This document shows, piece after piece, positions 48,559 to 61,300 of a stretch of 64,000 nt of DNA. The stretch is from positions 1 through 64,000 of IMG/VR virus record IMGVR_UViG_3300028844_003150. One strand, 5' to 3'. Numbering within the stretch: the stretch's first letter is position 1; each line of letters begins with the position of its first letter. Under the pieces are notes generated by a model. The model did no database searches and was not told where the DNA came from. It saw only the letters and a list, made by a program, of their open reading frames with translations. This DNA comes from an uncultured virus (IMG/VR IMGVR_UViG_3300028844_003150). Lineage: Duplodnaviria; Heunggongvirae; Uroviricota; Caudoviricetes. A program made the position numbers and the translations under genes.

Positions 48559-48996
48559 TTAAACCTCTGCTGTTCCGCTTTCCATTTCACGAGCCAGTTC
48601 CTGTGCACGAATGCCAACCTGCCTCGCCCATTTACTCTTCAACATATTACGAGCTGCTAAATCATAATGCCCTTCTTCGATATATCCAATAGTATTTCTG
48701 AACTGTGCAAAAGTGGGGACACCCATGTTGAACGCCATATTTATGATTACTTCCCGACGCACGTCATCAAGAGAGTCGAACCAATAGTACTTTTGCTTTA
48801 GTTCTTTGATGGTGTCCTGAATATCGTTGTGAAGGAGGTACAGCGCCTCGTCTTCACTCAGCCCACGGTCACTAATGTTTCTACCGTAGCCAATTGTAAG
48901 TTTCCCGACACTGTCCTTGTACGGTTTGTGATAACCATCCTTGTAGACTCTCCCCTCGTGCCGCTTGAAATCTTCCACCATCCTGTCGAAATTCAT
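48559..48996 (-). CDS. Endolysin (T4-type/GH24 lysozyme)
   Basis: HEG...PYKDSVGKLTIGYGRN, MAFNMG, SKWARQVG.RA. Confidence 0.92.
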   Translation of the reverse strand: MNFDRMVEDFKRHEGRVYKDGYHKPYKDSVGKLTIGYGRNISDRGLSEDEALYLLHNDIQDTIKELKQKYYWFDSLDDVRREVIINMAFNMGVPTFAQFRNTIGYIEEGHYDLAARNMLKSKWARQVGIRAQELAREMESGTAEV

Positions 48997-49241
48997 ACCC
49001 CAAGTCTCCTTATTTGTTCTAACAAGAGATCAATTTCCTGCTGTTCCAGTGGGGTTGGGTCTCTGCTCTCATATCGCGCTTTGCCCCGAATACGATCAAT
49101 ACGATCCTGTAGTTCCCAACTGCGCTGCTGTTTTACAGCGTTCTCAAAAGTCTCTTGTTTCACATACCGGGTATCCCCGACATACAAAGCCCCCGTACCG
49201 GCCCCACCAATGAGGACGGTTATAATCGCTTCTTTAATCAC
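48993..49241 (-). CDS. Small membrane-anchored protein (lysis region)
   Basis: N-terminal hydrophobic segment plus coiled coil. Confidence 0.55.
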   Translation of the reverse strand: MIKEAIITVLIGGAGTGALYVGDTRYVKQETFENAVKQQRSWELQDRIDRIRGKARYESRDPTPLEQQEIDLLLEQIRRLGV

Positions 49242-49677
49242 GACGCTGCTTCATCCTCGCGTCATAGTTTTCTTGGTGAGATACCTCGTTGATCTTGTCG
49301 TAGATCACGACAGTAGCCCCGATACCAGATACAAGGATGCTGGCTGCGAGACCCATTGCAATGATGAGTGCTCTGGGGGTTACTACCTCATGCTTCTTTG
49401 CGTAATTGTCTCCGACTTCCCTGCGAACTTCCAGTTGGCAAGCAGCTAATTTGTTGCTGACCATTTCAGGGATGCGATAGACATTGCCGCTGATCTCATC
49501 CAGTCGAGCATGGATACTGGCTTCCTCTCTGGCAGACCGGCTCAGAAATTCTACAGACGCCTGCTCGAAGGTGTTCTGTTGCTGTTCGAGAAGTCCAAGG
49601 CGCACCTGATGGTCATCAACACGCTGGTCTAGTGCGTGCAGTTCCCTCTGGATTTGCTCTACAGCGTCAGTAGTCAT
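49234..49677 (-). CDS. Coiled-coil protein with a C-terminal TM helix (lysis region)
   Basis: Start placed at MTTDAVEQ (49677) after AGGA. Confidence 0.55.
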   Translation of the reverse strand: MTTDAVEQIQRELHALDQRVDDHQVRLGLLEQQQNTFEQASVEFLSRSAREEASIHARLDEISGNVYRIPEMVSNKLAACQLEVRREVGDNYAKKHEVVTPRALIIAMGLAASILVSGIGATVVIYDKINEVSHQENYDARMKQRRD

Positions 49678-49685
49678 TACATGTC

Positions 49686-49997
49686 CTATGCGATATTCGG
49701 GTATACGGTGAATTTGGATATATCTGATTTCCAAGACCCGGTAGGTAATGTAACGTGAGCTTGGATCTTCCACTTACCATTGGGAACGAGGTCATCCGCG
49801 ATAGTTACATACTGGATAATCCCATCAGTTCCGTTTGTCTTGAACACAGATGTCTGGGTAACTGTTGTGCCATCAGGCTTTTCGAACAGGATGAATTGTG
49901 CGGTGGCTCCTGAAAGGTCAACAATTACGTCACCGTCCAAGAGAGTGATCTCGAAGATTGTCCCAATGTCCCCTTCATGGATTTCTCTTGCTGCCAT
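49686..49997 (-). CDS. BppU N-terminal-like virion protein
   Basis: GDIGT...VDLSGAT....F.KPDG...DG.IQY....DL...G.W..QA.V. Confidence 0.65.
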   Translation of the reverse strand: MAAREIHEGDIGTIFEITLLDGDVIVDLSGATAQFILFEKPDGTTVTQTSVFKTNGTDGIIQYVTIADDLVPNGKWKIQAHVTLPTGSWKSDISKFTVYPNIA

Positions 49998-50192
49998 GTC
50001 ATAACTCCACAGAGTGCTCTGATAGCTCAGTTATAAAATTCGTATGTGCATAAACTTGGTTTATGTACCCATCCACTTCCTTAGTCGGAGTGACGTATAA
50101 CTGCTGCTGCTCTGTCATGTGTATATGGGCCTCTTCGCTAAGAACAGGATTTATATANNAAGCAGTGATCTCAATTATATCAGCCAAAACGA

Positions 50193-50330
50193 CTATCTCT
50201 CTAATCTAAATGCGACTAACTTAGTGATCTTCAGCCCGAAACGGACAATTTCTACCCACGCCGCCGCGAAACTGTAGAGCACCCCAAGTCCAAAACTGTA
50301 TACCGGCTTTCCCATTCCTAGAGTATTCAT
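50193..50330 (-). CDS. Small hypothetical protein (45 aa)
   Basis: Read manually: MNTLGMGKPVYSFGLG...; ATGA overlap with the upstream gene. Confidence 0.4.
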   Translation of the reverse strand: MNTLGMGKPVYSFGLGVLYSFAAAWVEIVRFGLKITKLVAFRLER

Positions 50331-50875
50331 TGTGGTGTAATGTCGCTCAGGTCAGTATTAACATCGAATACATAAAGTGGGGTTACGTTGTCACTGTCAT
50401 ATATAGTGATCGTGTCCCCTACCTTATCCCAAACACGCCTGTTGAAATGCGCTTGTTCGATCTTGGTAAGGCGTCCGTCTTGCTCAGGACTTAGGCCGCT
50501 GCCAACAGATACGATTTGCAGACCCGCTGAGTTACTCGGGTTCACAGATACATTGTTGAACGTCCGCTGGGTGAACAAGTTGTTATTTGCACCAACGAGG
50601 TTCACAACGTACGACCCATCCTCCCACGTACAGAAATACGGATCGATCATAATCACAGCTCGGGCATACGTCACACCAGCTACTGTGTACTCCGTGTTGT
50701 GCAAATGCGTCTTCGGCCACGGGCGACCATCAGGGTCATCCTCAAGGTCACGCAGCTTCAGCCTGAATGCATCAACATCCATCTCATAGATTTCCGGGGA
50801 GGCCGACACCACAGTCAGATACGACTTTGGTATCGAGATCTCCCCGGTAATCCAGTTTACGGTTGGATCAGCCAT
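50327..50875 (-). CDS. Virion structural protein
   Basis: 182 aa, coupled within the fibre operon. Confidence 0.55.
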   Translation of the reverse strand: MADPTVNWITGEISIPKSYLTVVSASPEIYEMDVDAFRLKLRDLEDDPDGRPWPKTHLHNTEYTVAGVTYARAVIMIDPYFCTWEDGSYVVNLVGANNNLFTQRTFNNVSVNPSNSAGLQIVSVGSGLSPEQDGRLTKIEQAHFNRRVWDKVGDTITIYDSDNVTPLYVFDVNTDLSDITPQ

Positions 50876-53259
50876 TAGGCGTCAGAGTTGCGAACTGCAC
50901 CAACCTCGAAGCCCGTAGTACCGAAGGTCGCTGTAGCTGGGAACGGCTTGATCGGGCCATTCTTAATTGCGGAGTAACCGTTCTTGACTACGATAGCGAC
51001 TGGAGTAGTTCCGGCACCCTTAACAGCGGTGTACGAAGCCTCAGTACCACTTGTGATCTCAGCGTCATAGAAAGCCCGCATCACGTTGTTACCGATGGCT
51101 GCTGCAATACCAGCTGTACCCACCAAGGTGTAAGTGCTACCAGTGTACGAAGCGTATTCGATCAGTTCGTAGTTGCCATCAGCGTCACGCTCTACACGAA
51201 GGAAGCCAGCTGCCGGGGTGTTATCCGGGATGGAAGTGACCTCAATCTGCGTAGAACCAGCTGTGATTGCACTGGTCGCTACAGTTGCTTCGTCGTAATC
51301 CGGCTCAGCATCTCCGTTGATGTCAGTGGAAACGCCGTCCCATGGGTAGATTGTGACGGTATCACCAATCAACAACTTCGTAACCTTACCAGTCTGGTTA
51401 TTCGGTGGCTGCTGCTGGACACCCGCTAAGTTAGTGAGCAAGTCACCAACGATGGCGTCACTGTTATCCAGACCGATACCGAAGTTGGTTTGGAAGTTAC
51501 TACCAGTGTAAACACCGACGAACTGGTTATTAATGGTACGTGTAGCAACTGTGCCGTTAACAGCTACGGACTGGTTAGAGGTAGCGCCATACAGGAGCTG
51601 CCCATCGACAGGGTCAAGACCAGTCAAAAGCTGCAGGTAGAGATTACCTGTAGTGCCGTCATCATCCAGACCAAGCAATAGTGCAGTACCAGCAGTAGAG
51701 TTAGAGGTGACTGTACCAACAGTACCGTTACCACCGGAGGTCACACCCGTAATAGTTTCAGATGTAGCTGGAGGGGCGTAACCGTTCATGTCAACGATCA
51801 GGGTACCAGCAGCACCGTTGTCATCGTCATACAGGATACGGGCGCGACTACCACCACTGAACGTTACAACCTCACCAACAGTGAAGTTGACCGTCTGGAC
51901 GGTGTACGGAATCTCTGTACCCCAGACCATGAGTTCCGCTGCTGTCAGGTTGCCCGACTCGGTGTCATACGCAAAGTTCCTGTTAACACCAGTGAACAGT
52001 TGAGCGTTACGGGCGAACAGGGTTTCAGAAGTACCGCGCCGCTGGATGTACTTGGTACGTTCGTAAGACTGCAGCGAACTGGCAGAGCCGAAGTCCATCC
52101 TCAGGTAGTATTCCGTTGCACCGTTACCGTTGTTGTAATCGATGGTCTGGAAACCTTCGGTCAGTACGATGGTGTTGTACGGAGCACCCGCGACAGTACC
52201 TACAGCTGTAAGGTTGTTACCGTCAGCACTGGAGAACAACGCCAATGCGGTAGTACCAGTAGCCAGAGTCGTGCCACCTTCGAAGTACGAATGACCAAAC
52301 TCAAGCAGCTTACCCTTGATACGCTTACCATCGATATCTACATCATCATCGCGGGTTTTGATGAGCATACGAATGTTGCCATCAATGGAATGCGGCATGA
52401 ACGCGTTCTTCCAGTAGTCGGTGACAATAGCGTCGGCCTGAATAAGGACAGGCTGCGTGTCTCCGTTTGGTGTCGTAACCTGTAGGTTCAAACCAGAGTA
52501 CAGGGTTGCACCACTGGACTGTGAAATACTACCGTCGTACATGTGCTGGGCAATGGTGTCATCGATTACCATGGTACTCAGCAAGTTCACGATCTTGTTC
52601 GTATCCTTACCGGAAGGAACAGGATCGATACGGCTCAGGTCATCGTTACCGTAGATGTCCTCGTTATCGTTGAGGTCAGATAACAGACGGTGCATGTGCA
52701 GTGGGGTGTAGGCACGATCATGGATCACACCGTTAACAGTACCGTCACCCGAAGCTCCGTTACTGAAGGTATCGTTATCAGCAGGCAGACCAAGGTCAAC
52801 CGGGCTGACGAAACGTACTGATAGTTCACCAGACGCACCAGCGTCACTTTCCACCGTAATAAGTTCAGCAACCTGACCACCACTGAAAGTCAGCGTGTCG
52901 CCTGCCGTTACGTTGCCTGTTTGACCATCGAAGAAGAAGGAGTGTGTAGCGCCGAGAGCTGGGCCAGCCCATACCATGATACCGGTTGAAGGAACCGTGA
53001 TGTCATCCCGCATGTAAGCCGGGTAGAGCATTAGATCCGGTGCGCCATCTACAACTGCAGTAGTTGTGTTTTGCGTGAGCGTCAAACCATCCGAAGGCGC
53101 AACACCAGAAACATGCGCGATCTTCAGTTTGCCAGTTGTACCGTCATCGAAGACGCCGACGATAAAGCCGACACCTCCAGTCCACGTTACGTTTGCGCCT
53201 TCTGCGACAAACGGGCCATTAGCCTCGGTGTCGTATTTGACGTTGTAATAATCAGTCAT
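50875..53259 (-). CDS. Tail fibre/virion protein with Gly/Thr-rich repeats
   Basis: Repeated 'YD..SG.F..GE..T..GG....I....DDG..G.L' units; GAGG RBS. Confidence 0.65.
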   Translation of the reverse strand: MTDYYNVKYDTEANGPFVAEGANVTWTGGVGFIVGVFDDGTTGKLKIAHVSGVAPSDGLTLTQNTTTAVVDGAPDLMLYPAYMRDDITVPSTGIMVWAGPALGATHSFFFDGQTGNVTAGDTLTFSGGQVAELITVESDAGASGELSVRFVSPVDLGLPADNDTFSNGASGDGTVNGVIHDRAYTPLHMHRLLSDLNDNEDIYGNDDLSRIDPVPSGKDTNKIVNLLSTMVIDDTIAQHMYDGSISQSSGATLYSGLNLQVTTPNGDTQPVLIQADAIVTDYWKNAFMPHSIDGNIRMLIKTRDDDVDIDGKRIKGKLLEFGHSYFEGGTTLATGTTALALFSSADGNNLTAVGTVAGAPYNTIVLTEGFQTIDYNNGNGATEYYLRMDFGSASSLQSYERTKYIQRRGTSETLFARNAQLFTGVNRNFAYDTESGNLTAAELMVWGTEIPYTVQTVNFTVGEVVTFSGGSRARILYDDDNGAAGTLIVDMNGYAPPATSETITGVTSGGNGTVGTVTSNSTAGTALLLGLDDDGTTGNLYLQLLTGLDPVDGQLLYGATSNQSVAVNGTVATRTINNQFVGVYTGSNFQTNFGIGLDNSDAIVGDLLTNLAGVQQQPPNNQTGKVTKLLIGDTVTIYPWDGVSTDINGDAEPDYDEATVATSAITAGSTQIEVTSIPDNTPAAGFLRVERDADGNYELIEYASYTGSTYTLVGTAGIAAAIGNNVMRAFYDAEITSGTEASYTAVKGAGTTPVAIVVKNGYSAIKNGPIKPFPATATFGTTGFEVGAVRNSDA

Positions 53260-53270
53260 GTTTAAGTTCC

Positions 53271-55115
53271 TCAGTCAGGTATTAATAAAACAGTAGTGGA
53301 TAACCCGTTACCAGAATCTACTGTCCCAGTAATAGAGCCGGGAACAAACACTGGTTCCTCAGACCCCTTCTTCACACTTCCAGACACTGGCTGGTTCGAC
53401 CCATAAGCCCGTGTATCTGAAATCACGCCACTAGCATTAGTTACACCATCGATAATGATGGCAGTGGCTTTAATCGTTCCAGTTGCCGGGGTTGTTGGAG
53501 TCCCAGAAACTGTGAATGTATAAGCATTAGCGCCGGTTACAGTGATAGTCTTAATGCGGTTGTATTCATTCTGATCTGCCCCGGTGATCTTCACCTTGTG
53601 CCCAGTAGACAAGCCATGAGCCGTGTGGCTGACCGTAGCGGTGCTACCAGAACGGGTGATGGTGACAGTTTCATCCCACGGAAAAGGCCCAGTATTATCA
53701 GAAGGAGTTACTGTGACAGCAGCTCCTTGTATTACTGAGTTATCTTCTTGATTCCTAACAGTAACTGTCATGGTAGCCTGTCCGGATACCACAGTTACTG
53801 TAGCCCCGGCAGTGCGGATATACGGGGTGGAATACCCAGATCCGACGTTGATGGTCAGGGTACCGGAGCCTACATTGACGTAAATCGCTTCAGTACCAGC
53901 CGTACCATCCGAAGAAGCGTAGCTGGCAGTATCGAGGTAGTTGTTCCACGTCATCGTACCTGTGCCGAGACTGGTCAGTTCTACAGCGTGGTTGGAATTA
54001 CCGATGAAAGTGTTGTCTTGAAGGTCTGCGAGGTCATCTGTTACTACAGCCGCCGAACTGGTCGCTACGCTCGAACTATCGATCAAGCAGTTATCCAGTG
54101 TGGCGCTGTTGAGAGTAATCGCATCACACCCGCGCCATGTAGTTCCATCTGCTGTGCAGGCAGCACGCAGAGTAGTAATACCGATGTCAGTGAATACGCC
54201 ACCAATAATATCGAACACCGAACTGGCATTGTTCACCACGATCCTGCCGGGGTTATTGGTACCCAGTGCAGTTATATTGATGTTAGTCCAGTACACCTCA
54301 GTGGAGGCGTGGTCAATAATGAATTGGGTGAAATCAGTTGCGCTATGTACGGTATCTACCAAGGATATGGATACGTCGCTGTCCTCGAAATAAGCCAGCG
54401 TGGCTACCTGAGAATTGTTTTGCCCAATAACAAATCGGCCCTGTAATTCGTATGCAGAGCCTACTGCCGTCAGGATTCCCCAGCGATTGTTGATGCTGTC
54501 GTTCTGGGCGTTGAATCCCGCGAAGGTTGCCGGGGTTGTGGCATCTCCAGCCGTAATATACGCGCCCGTCCCGTAACGTATCGCGTCACAGCCGATGTTA
54601 GAACCTTTAACCGTGGCCAGCGTCTTGAGGCCAAAGCCGAAGTATGTAGGAGTAGCCCCCGGAGTTCCGTTCACTGTCCGGTATGGAATGCTACCTGTGT
54701 TGGAGGTGGTCACGTAGTCAACCACGTAGCACCGGGCTACCCTGCCAGCAGCACCATAGGTATTGCTACCCTCGACGTGGAACTGCATGAAGTTGGCGGT
54801 GCTCGTGCCAATGATGACATACGCCCCGCGATTGGCGAGGGTATCTGAAAGGCCGGGGGTAGCGTTGAACCCCCACACGAAAATATGTATCCCGGCAGCA
54901 ACTGTGCCTGTTCCGGGCGTCTTGTTTACCGCAAGGCCACGTTCCGCGTTGGAAGCTGGCTTATCCCAGCAACCTGCACCCTGCATACCCAAGTCAGCAC
55001 CGAACGCAGGAGCACCACCACCGCCGCCTGAAATATTAAAAGCTGTCCAGCCGGTGGAGGCGGATTCCGCCAGATCAATATCAGTAAGGTCTTCTGTGTA
55101 CGCAGGAACAGCCAT
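53271..55115 (-). CDS. Tail fibre/spike-like virion protein
   Basis: Beta-helix-like middle; TAHGLSTG.KV.ITGA....YN...ITVT..N.YTF repeat. Confidence 0.65.
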   Translation of the reverse strand: MAVPAYTEDLTDIDLAESASTGWTAFNISGGGGGAPAFGADLGMQGAGCWDKPASNAERGLAVNKTPGTGTVAAGIHIFVWGFNATPGLSDTLANRGAYVIIGTSTANFMQFHVEGSNTYGAAGRVARCYVVDYVTTSNTGSIPYRTVNGTPGATPTYFGFGLKTLATVKGSNIGCDAIRYGTGAYITAGDATTPATFAGFNAQNDSINNRWGILTAVGSAYELQGRFVIGQNNSQVATLAYFEDSDVSISLVDTVHSATDFTQFIIDHASTEVYWTNINITALGTNNPGRIVVNNASSVFDIIGGVFTDIGITTLRAACTADGTTWRGCDAITLNSATLDNCLIDSSSVATSSAAVVTDDLADLQDNTFIGNSNHAVELTSLGTGTMTWNNYLDTASYASSDGTAGTEAIYVNVGSGTLTINVGSGYSTPYIRTAGATVTVVSGQATMTVTVRNQEDNSVIQGAAVTVTPSDNTGPFPWDETVTITRSGSTATVSHTAHGLSTGHKVKITGADQNEYNRIKTITVTGANAYTFTVSGTPTTPATGTIKATAIIIDGVTNASGVISDTRAYGSNQPVSGSVKKGSEEPVFVPGSITGTVDSGNGLSTTVLLIPD

Positions 55116-55288
55116 TATTTAACTCGTTTTAGTCTCGGGTTTCGCTTCTTGGCAGCTTTCGATGCCTTACGGGTCGCTGATGCCAGTATCGCTCCGGCAG
55201 CGTCTTTGCTCACTCCGGATCTCTTCGCAATCTTTGCCTGCACCGATTTAAAACCGGGATGGGGATTTGCTCTCAATCCTCTAGCCAT
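55115..55288 (-). CDS. Small very basic protein (57 aa; possible DNA-condensing internal protein)
   Basis: Read manually: GGAGG RBS, MARGLRANPHPGFKSVQAKIAKRSGVSKDAAGAILASATRKASKAAKKRNPRLKRVK. Not in the ORF track. Confidence 0.75.
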   Translation of the reverse strand: MARGLRANPHPGFKSVQAKIAKRSGVSKDAAGAILASATRKASKAAKKRNPRLKRVK

Positions 55289-55300
55289 GCGTCACCTCCA

Positions 55301-58300
55301 TTAAAACCAGTTGCTATAAACCGTTTGCCCCGGCAATGCTTTCACTACAGCACCCGGTTTCATTGTTACCAAGTCTGGGATGCTCGCAATAGTATCAAAG
55401 GTAGCGGCCATACCACCAACTCCGTACCCACCCCATTTCATGTCTGTGTGTATGTCCACACCTTGCTGTGCATATCCGAGAAGACCCCCACGAATTGCTC
55501 CATGCTGTATGTAATCTGCAGCGCCCCAGTTCGCTTTACGAGGGTTCCCAGCAGATCCGTACTGTATAACCTCACGCAGTAAATCCGCCACGATCATCGT
55601 GGGGATATAAGCGAGCAACCCAACGAAAGCCGCGTAGTTCCCTTCCATGGCTTCGTGCCCTACTCTCTTCAAGATTCGTTCGTGGAACGTATACATGAAG
55701 CTCTTCAGGTACTGGAATAGCTGGAAGTGTGGATCAGACCCCCACAACGTACGCATTGAAGGGTTAGGACGCAGGATAGCCTCATCAGTCCACTGGATCA
55801 GCGCAGCTCGAATACGGTCATCCCGCGCCACTTCTTTCGGGTTCGCAACCAGTCTCTCCGCATGAGAGAACACACGCAGGGTTCCATCGTCCCGCAGCTG
55901 TACATCTTCAGCTGTGAGGTTCAGTTCGTTCAGCCACCGCTTGGAATGCTTGTTGGGGCGCTGGGAATGCTTGACGATGAACGCCTCTGCTGCTGCCAGT
56001 CCCATCAAGCGAGTAGTGCGGGTCCACGCTTCTAGCCCAATAACCCGGAAGAATCCATCATTAAAGCGCCTGAGCTTACCGGTTAGGTGCATACCATCGA
56101 AGCGAGCGCCCAGAGCATCTGATACCTGCGAGTGCTCGATGATGCCCAGCATCTCACCCAGATCGTTTAAATTGCTCTTGTTACGCTGCATGAAAGCCTT
56201 GGTAGCTCTCACAATCGATCCCATCTCGCTGGAGCGCACCGCTATGCCCATCACATCAGACAGGGATGTCAGGGTAGCCAGAGCGAGGTATCGCAGGTTC
56301 TGGTAGACGATAGCCACGCCCATAGCCTTGTTCAGCCCCTCGTTGATCGGAGAGAACTGGTGCTCTGGCAGAGCCATACCTGTGTACTTGTGCAACCACT
56401 CAGCTGTGTGGCGTCCGTAAGTACCCATGGTCGCCTTGACGTAATTGACGGTAGCTTTGAGCTGGATTGGCGTAGCGCCCTGAGCCTTGGCATCGTCCAA
56501 TAGCGCACGCAGCCCCTCGCCATCCTCACCGAAGCGGCGAGTGAACTCAGCGTGCTTCACAGCCTGACTGATATAGGTACCCGTCACTTCGCCAAGGTCA
56601 TTGTTCAGGAATGGGCGCATTTCAACCGGGTCCACGAACTTGAACAGGCGCGGGTTGTTGAAGCGCATCACTGGAACTTGTCTGTCCTCAGATACCTCGA
56701 AGTCCATTGACCCTTCAGCCGTGGCGCTACGGATCATGTAATCAACCATGGAATCCCCATCGAGGAGATTTTCAGGCTGCGGGATATCCACCATGATCTT
56801 GTCTTTCTTGATCTGGAGGGTCCACTCCCCAGTCTCGACGAATTGCTTGAACGCCTTCTCCAGCATAGTAGGACTGAGACCTTGGTAATGCTCAGTCATC
56901 CAGTTCTTGTGCTGGCGCATATTCATAAATACAGCCAGTTCCTTGCGTTTTTTGGCGTACTTATCCTGAGACAGTACAGCCCGGAACTCATCGACCTTGG
57001 ATGACATGGCGTCTTGGTTAATCACCCATGGGAAGTAATCCTTGATGTTCTGCTTGGTATTTACTCCAGCGTCTTTCTGGTACTTCCGCATTTCAGCGAA
57101 CAGCGCCCTTACCTGCTTAACCACGCGCTGTACACCGGGTGGTGCCTGATTCAGGTCCTTAGCCCCGTACAAATATTCTATTGCTTCGTTACCAAACTGA
57201 GCATCCTTCCCATCGAAGATACGCCGGATACGGTTTTCGAAGCGCCCCTTGAACTGTTGCTTCTGTGCCTGAAGAGTGGGGTTGCCTACGAATTCACCGG
57301 GTCTGTTATGGAATTGCTCAGCGATCTTCGTCAATGAAGGTATCCCATATCCCTTTATCCGCTCATCAACTGTGAAGAACAACGAGCGTATAGGCTTCAT
57401 TGCCAGCTCATAACTGGGCTGAAATGTCTGGATGGCATTCTCTGCCAGTGAATTAGGAAGTACCTTCGCAACTGCGGAGCGCGTGGCTGAAGCCTCGAAC
57501 GGATCAGAACTGCGCTCCAGCGCCTTGAACAAATTCTCCGCACGCTCAGACTCAGCCACAACACCCAGTACCTTGCGGAAAGCATTGGCGATACGCTGGA
57601 AGATGTTATCCGTACGCGCTCCCAGTTTGATGAGGCCTGCTCTCCAGAACTGGTACATGTAGGCAGCTGCATCATACGGATCTGCAAGTTGATCCAGTGC
57701 TGTGCGGTCATGTGACAGGAGGTTACGCAACTGGTTTTGCACATGCTTGGTTCTAGCTGCGTTCAAGAGAACATTAGCCGTGGCCTGTTCGATACGGTCA
57801 TCCAGTATCCATTCTGCAAATGCTCTATGGAATGCATGACCATACGGATCTTGGTCTCCGAGTGTAGCTACATACACCAGATTGGATGCGTCAGGCTTGG
57901 ATGTAAGTTCAGCGATCTTGGACTTCGTAGCCAGCTTGTTAAGCTGTTCGATGTCATTGGAAGTAAGCGGCAAGCTCTGTGCTGCAGCCATGCCATCCTG
58001 CGGAGAGAACGGCAGACCCCATGAACGCTTACCACCGGCCAGTGAATCCATCAAACTGTCGATGTTGCCCTTCGGCGCAATGCCCACCATGCGCTTCAGC
58101 GTATCGGCAATGGCTTGGAAGAAACGCTCCATACCAGTCTTGGGTTGTCTGGTTTCGGTGAACCACCGGCTCACACTGTCAGCAAACCACTCATCGAAAT
58201 CCAACAGGTAATCACGCAGGGCATCACTGGTCTGATCCAGTGTAGTAGTTCCCCGCGTATCAACTAGTGTAAGTAGTACAGACTTGGGCTGCTTCTTGGA

Positions 58301-61300
58301 ACGTAGCAACTGTTCAATGGTGGTGTTGTCCTTACCGTACTTCTTCCGCCAGCCAAGATATTCCTGCATTATCTTGCTCGCCATGGAGTCTTTCAACGTG
58401 TGGACATACCCACCGTAGACTGCATGACCAATCTCATGTGCCAGTACTTCACGGGTGAGCTGCTCTGATAGACCGGGACGGACATACACACCGATGCGCC
58501 CGTTCACTGCTGGTGTGGTGAAGCCGTGCAGGGTTCCATTGGCTAGGTTGGCGAGCCAATCCAGTTTCACTTCCTTGGTCAAATACGCAGCAGCCTGCTT
58601 GGATGACATCAGGTAAATGTTCTGTGGGGCTTTGATCTGTTTGAAGTATTGCTTGGCGATCTTCTCCGCATATGGATTGTTATCCGCCAGCAGTTCCTTC
58701 GTATTAACGTAGGTCTGTTTAATCGATGCACTGGCTTTGGGTACGCCCTGAGTTGTATAGCGCACAGCCGCTTCCTTACTCAGCTTCCTGTGCTCAGCTT
58801 TCAGTTTTTTCAGCTCAGCCATCTTCTCGGCACGAGTCTCCGGCGACCCCACAGCGATACGAGTAGTCAGATCGGCAATCGCATCCCGGCGTTTCTGGTA
58901 TTGCTCGACAGCACTGGGCTGTACAGGCTTGGGCGATTTGGGCGGGGCGGAACGTTGTTTCGCCTTCGCCTTTTCGCCTTTCGCCTTTTTCGCGGCTACC
59001 TTCCGTAGCTGTTCCAGCTTGATTTTTGTAGGATTGCTAGGCTTTTCAAGGACTTCGATGCCAAGTGCTGTAACGGAATCCGTTGAGGCGAAAAGGCGAT
59101 CTATGTCATCTGGTAAAAGCCCTGTCCCCCGCCTGAAGTCAGTTGTTATTTTCTCTGTATGCGAGAGTTCCTTGGTCTTACCTGTGAACTTGGCAGTAAC
59201 ATTGCCACCATTACGCCCGCGTAATTCAAACACACGACCTTTCTTAAAGTACTGGATGCTCTCTGTAGGTAATACTACGTACGGAGGAACACCTTCTGCA
59301 AAATCACGGTGTGGATACGAAAAGCTCAACCGCTTGTTGAGTTCCTTGACACGCTTTAATTCGTTCGATGCAGCCTTGCCAGCTTCAGCGGTTCCCTTCA
59401 GAGCATTGCGTGCACGAGCAATATCAGCCTCTGGTAACTTGTTGGCGATCATTGTGTCGAGCGTTTTCTTCTGCCCTGTATAAGTAGTCCTCAGTGCATC
59501 GACAGTTTTCTGTGCTTCTTCGACCTGTGTTGTGAAATCAGGCTTGGGTGCGAGGTTGGGCTTGTCCAGTTCTGCCTGTGCTCTAGCAAGCTCCCGTGCC
59601 TCTAACATGTTTTCAGGCTCGACAGACTCACGTTCCTCGGCTTCCGGAAGTATCTTGTTGTTGTACGCCTTACTAATCTGTGCCGAAGCCAGTACCTGTC
59701 CGAATGTCTTGGCTGTACCTTTGTCACCAGCAACAACCGTATCTGCACCGATCAGGTTTACAAGTTGCTTCAGCGCCAGTTGTGCCTGCTGACGTTCTGC
59801 GCCGCCACGCTCCATTGCTGTCTTCAGCGCACCGGGAGCGATGATTGTATTTGCAGCTGAGCCTTCAGGTAACTGGATGAGTTTCTGCTCAGCAGCCATC
59901 TCCAGCCCAAGCATCACATCATTGAACAGACGCATGTCTTCAGTACGTTCACCATGAGCTTCACGAGGTTTACCTGTTACTTCAGTGGAAGTAGTCAGCT
60001 CTTCCCGCTGACGCTCCTTACGGGCGAAGTTAGTCAGGTTCCTGACGTTGAGTACATTGTTACCAACACGAATCTGCCCCGGATATTGTGAAACGTCGTA
60101 ATTCTCATTAGCTGAGAAGAAGATATACTTGGGGGCCTTTCCAGAACGTCCAAGGTTAGCACCGGCTAAAGACTCTCCTGCATTCTCGTTACGATTACTC
60201 TTCAGGATGTTGGTAAACTTAGTACGCAGCTCCGGACTCAAGTTCTTGGACTCAAGCATTGACCTCACCTCTGTCAGAGGCGGAGTCTTGATGCCTTCAT
60301 AATTAGCCAAGAACTCACCGGGATTAGCTGGGTCGTATATCCTAGAAACCCCAGTACGCATAGCGACCCGCTCTTTACTACGGAGTTTCTTCAGCTTATC
60401 TTCAATTCGATTTAGCTTGGCCTTCGCTTTTTGCTTCTCTGCCGGGTCAAGTATCTGGTTCGGATTTACCTTGCCTTGCTCCTTTAATAGCTCAATTATT
60501 TTACGGTTAGTATTCCCTCCGGACTCTTCCGTAAACAGTTCTTCGCCACGCTCATTTATAAAACTGCGCTGTAGTTCAACATCATCAGGAAACATGGACA
60601 GTGCTTCGCGTTCAGTACGCTGTAACAATGTCTCGCCTTCAAATGGACCACGGAACTCAGGGGTGGTCTGCTCGATCCCGCGCAGGCTTACATCTGCCAA
60701 CTGTTGCTCAGCAGCATCGATCCGGGACAACAGGGTCTTCATCGTTACCTGTTCACCGGCCTTCTCAGGGACGAGGATCTTGTTAATGATATTGGGCATG
60801 TCGAACGTTTCAAGCCCAGCCAGATCACCCGTCTTAGGCACGTCGAATACCTCGGTAATCTTCCGATCCTGAAGTTGTGACTTAAATGTGCCTAAACTCT
60901 CCAGCATTTTAGTCACAGATGGCTGCTGGGCCTGTTCGGCCTCGTAAGCTGCTATCTGCTCCGCCACAAAAGGCTGATTCAGCTCATCCAGCTGGTTCTG
61001 CAGATTCGACTTGTAAGTGTCCTCTGGCATACCCAGTAGCTCACGAGCTGAGCCACTAAGCCTGTGGGTATCAGTAATGGGTACATCTAGCTGCAATTCT
61101 CTTGGTTCGAACCCAAGATTTTGAAGCTCCTGCTCCATAGCAGATGCCCCGGTACCACCCACCTCATCGAACGTCAGGTCGCCCTGCTGCATGTCGTTGA
61201 GGCTTTCGCTGGCAGCGAGGCCGGGGACAGGTAGCTGGGGGGTAGCCTCGCGCTGTAACGCGCCTCTGACGCCGCCGCCCACACCACCAGCGAAACCACC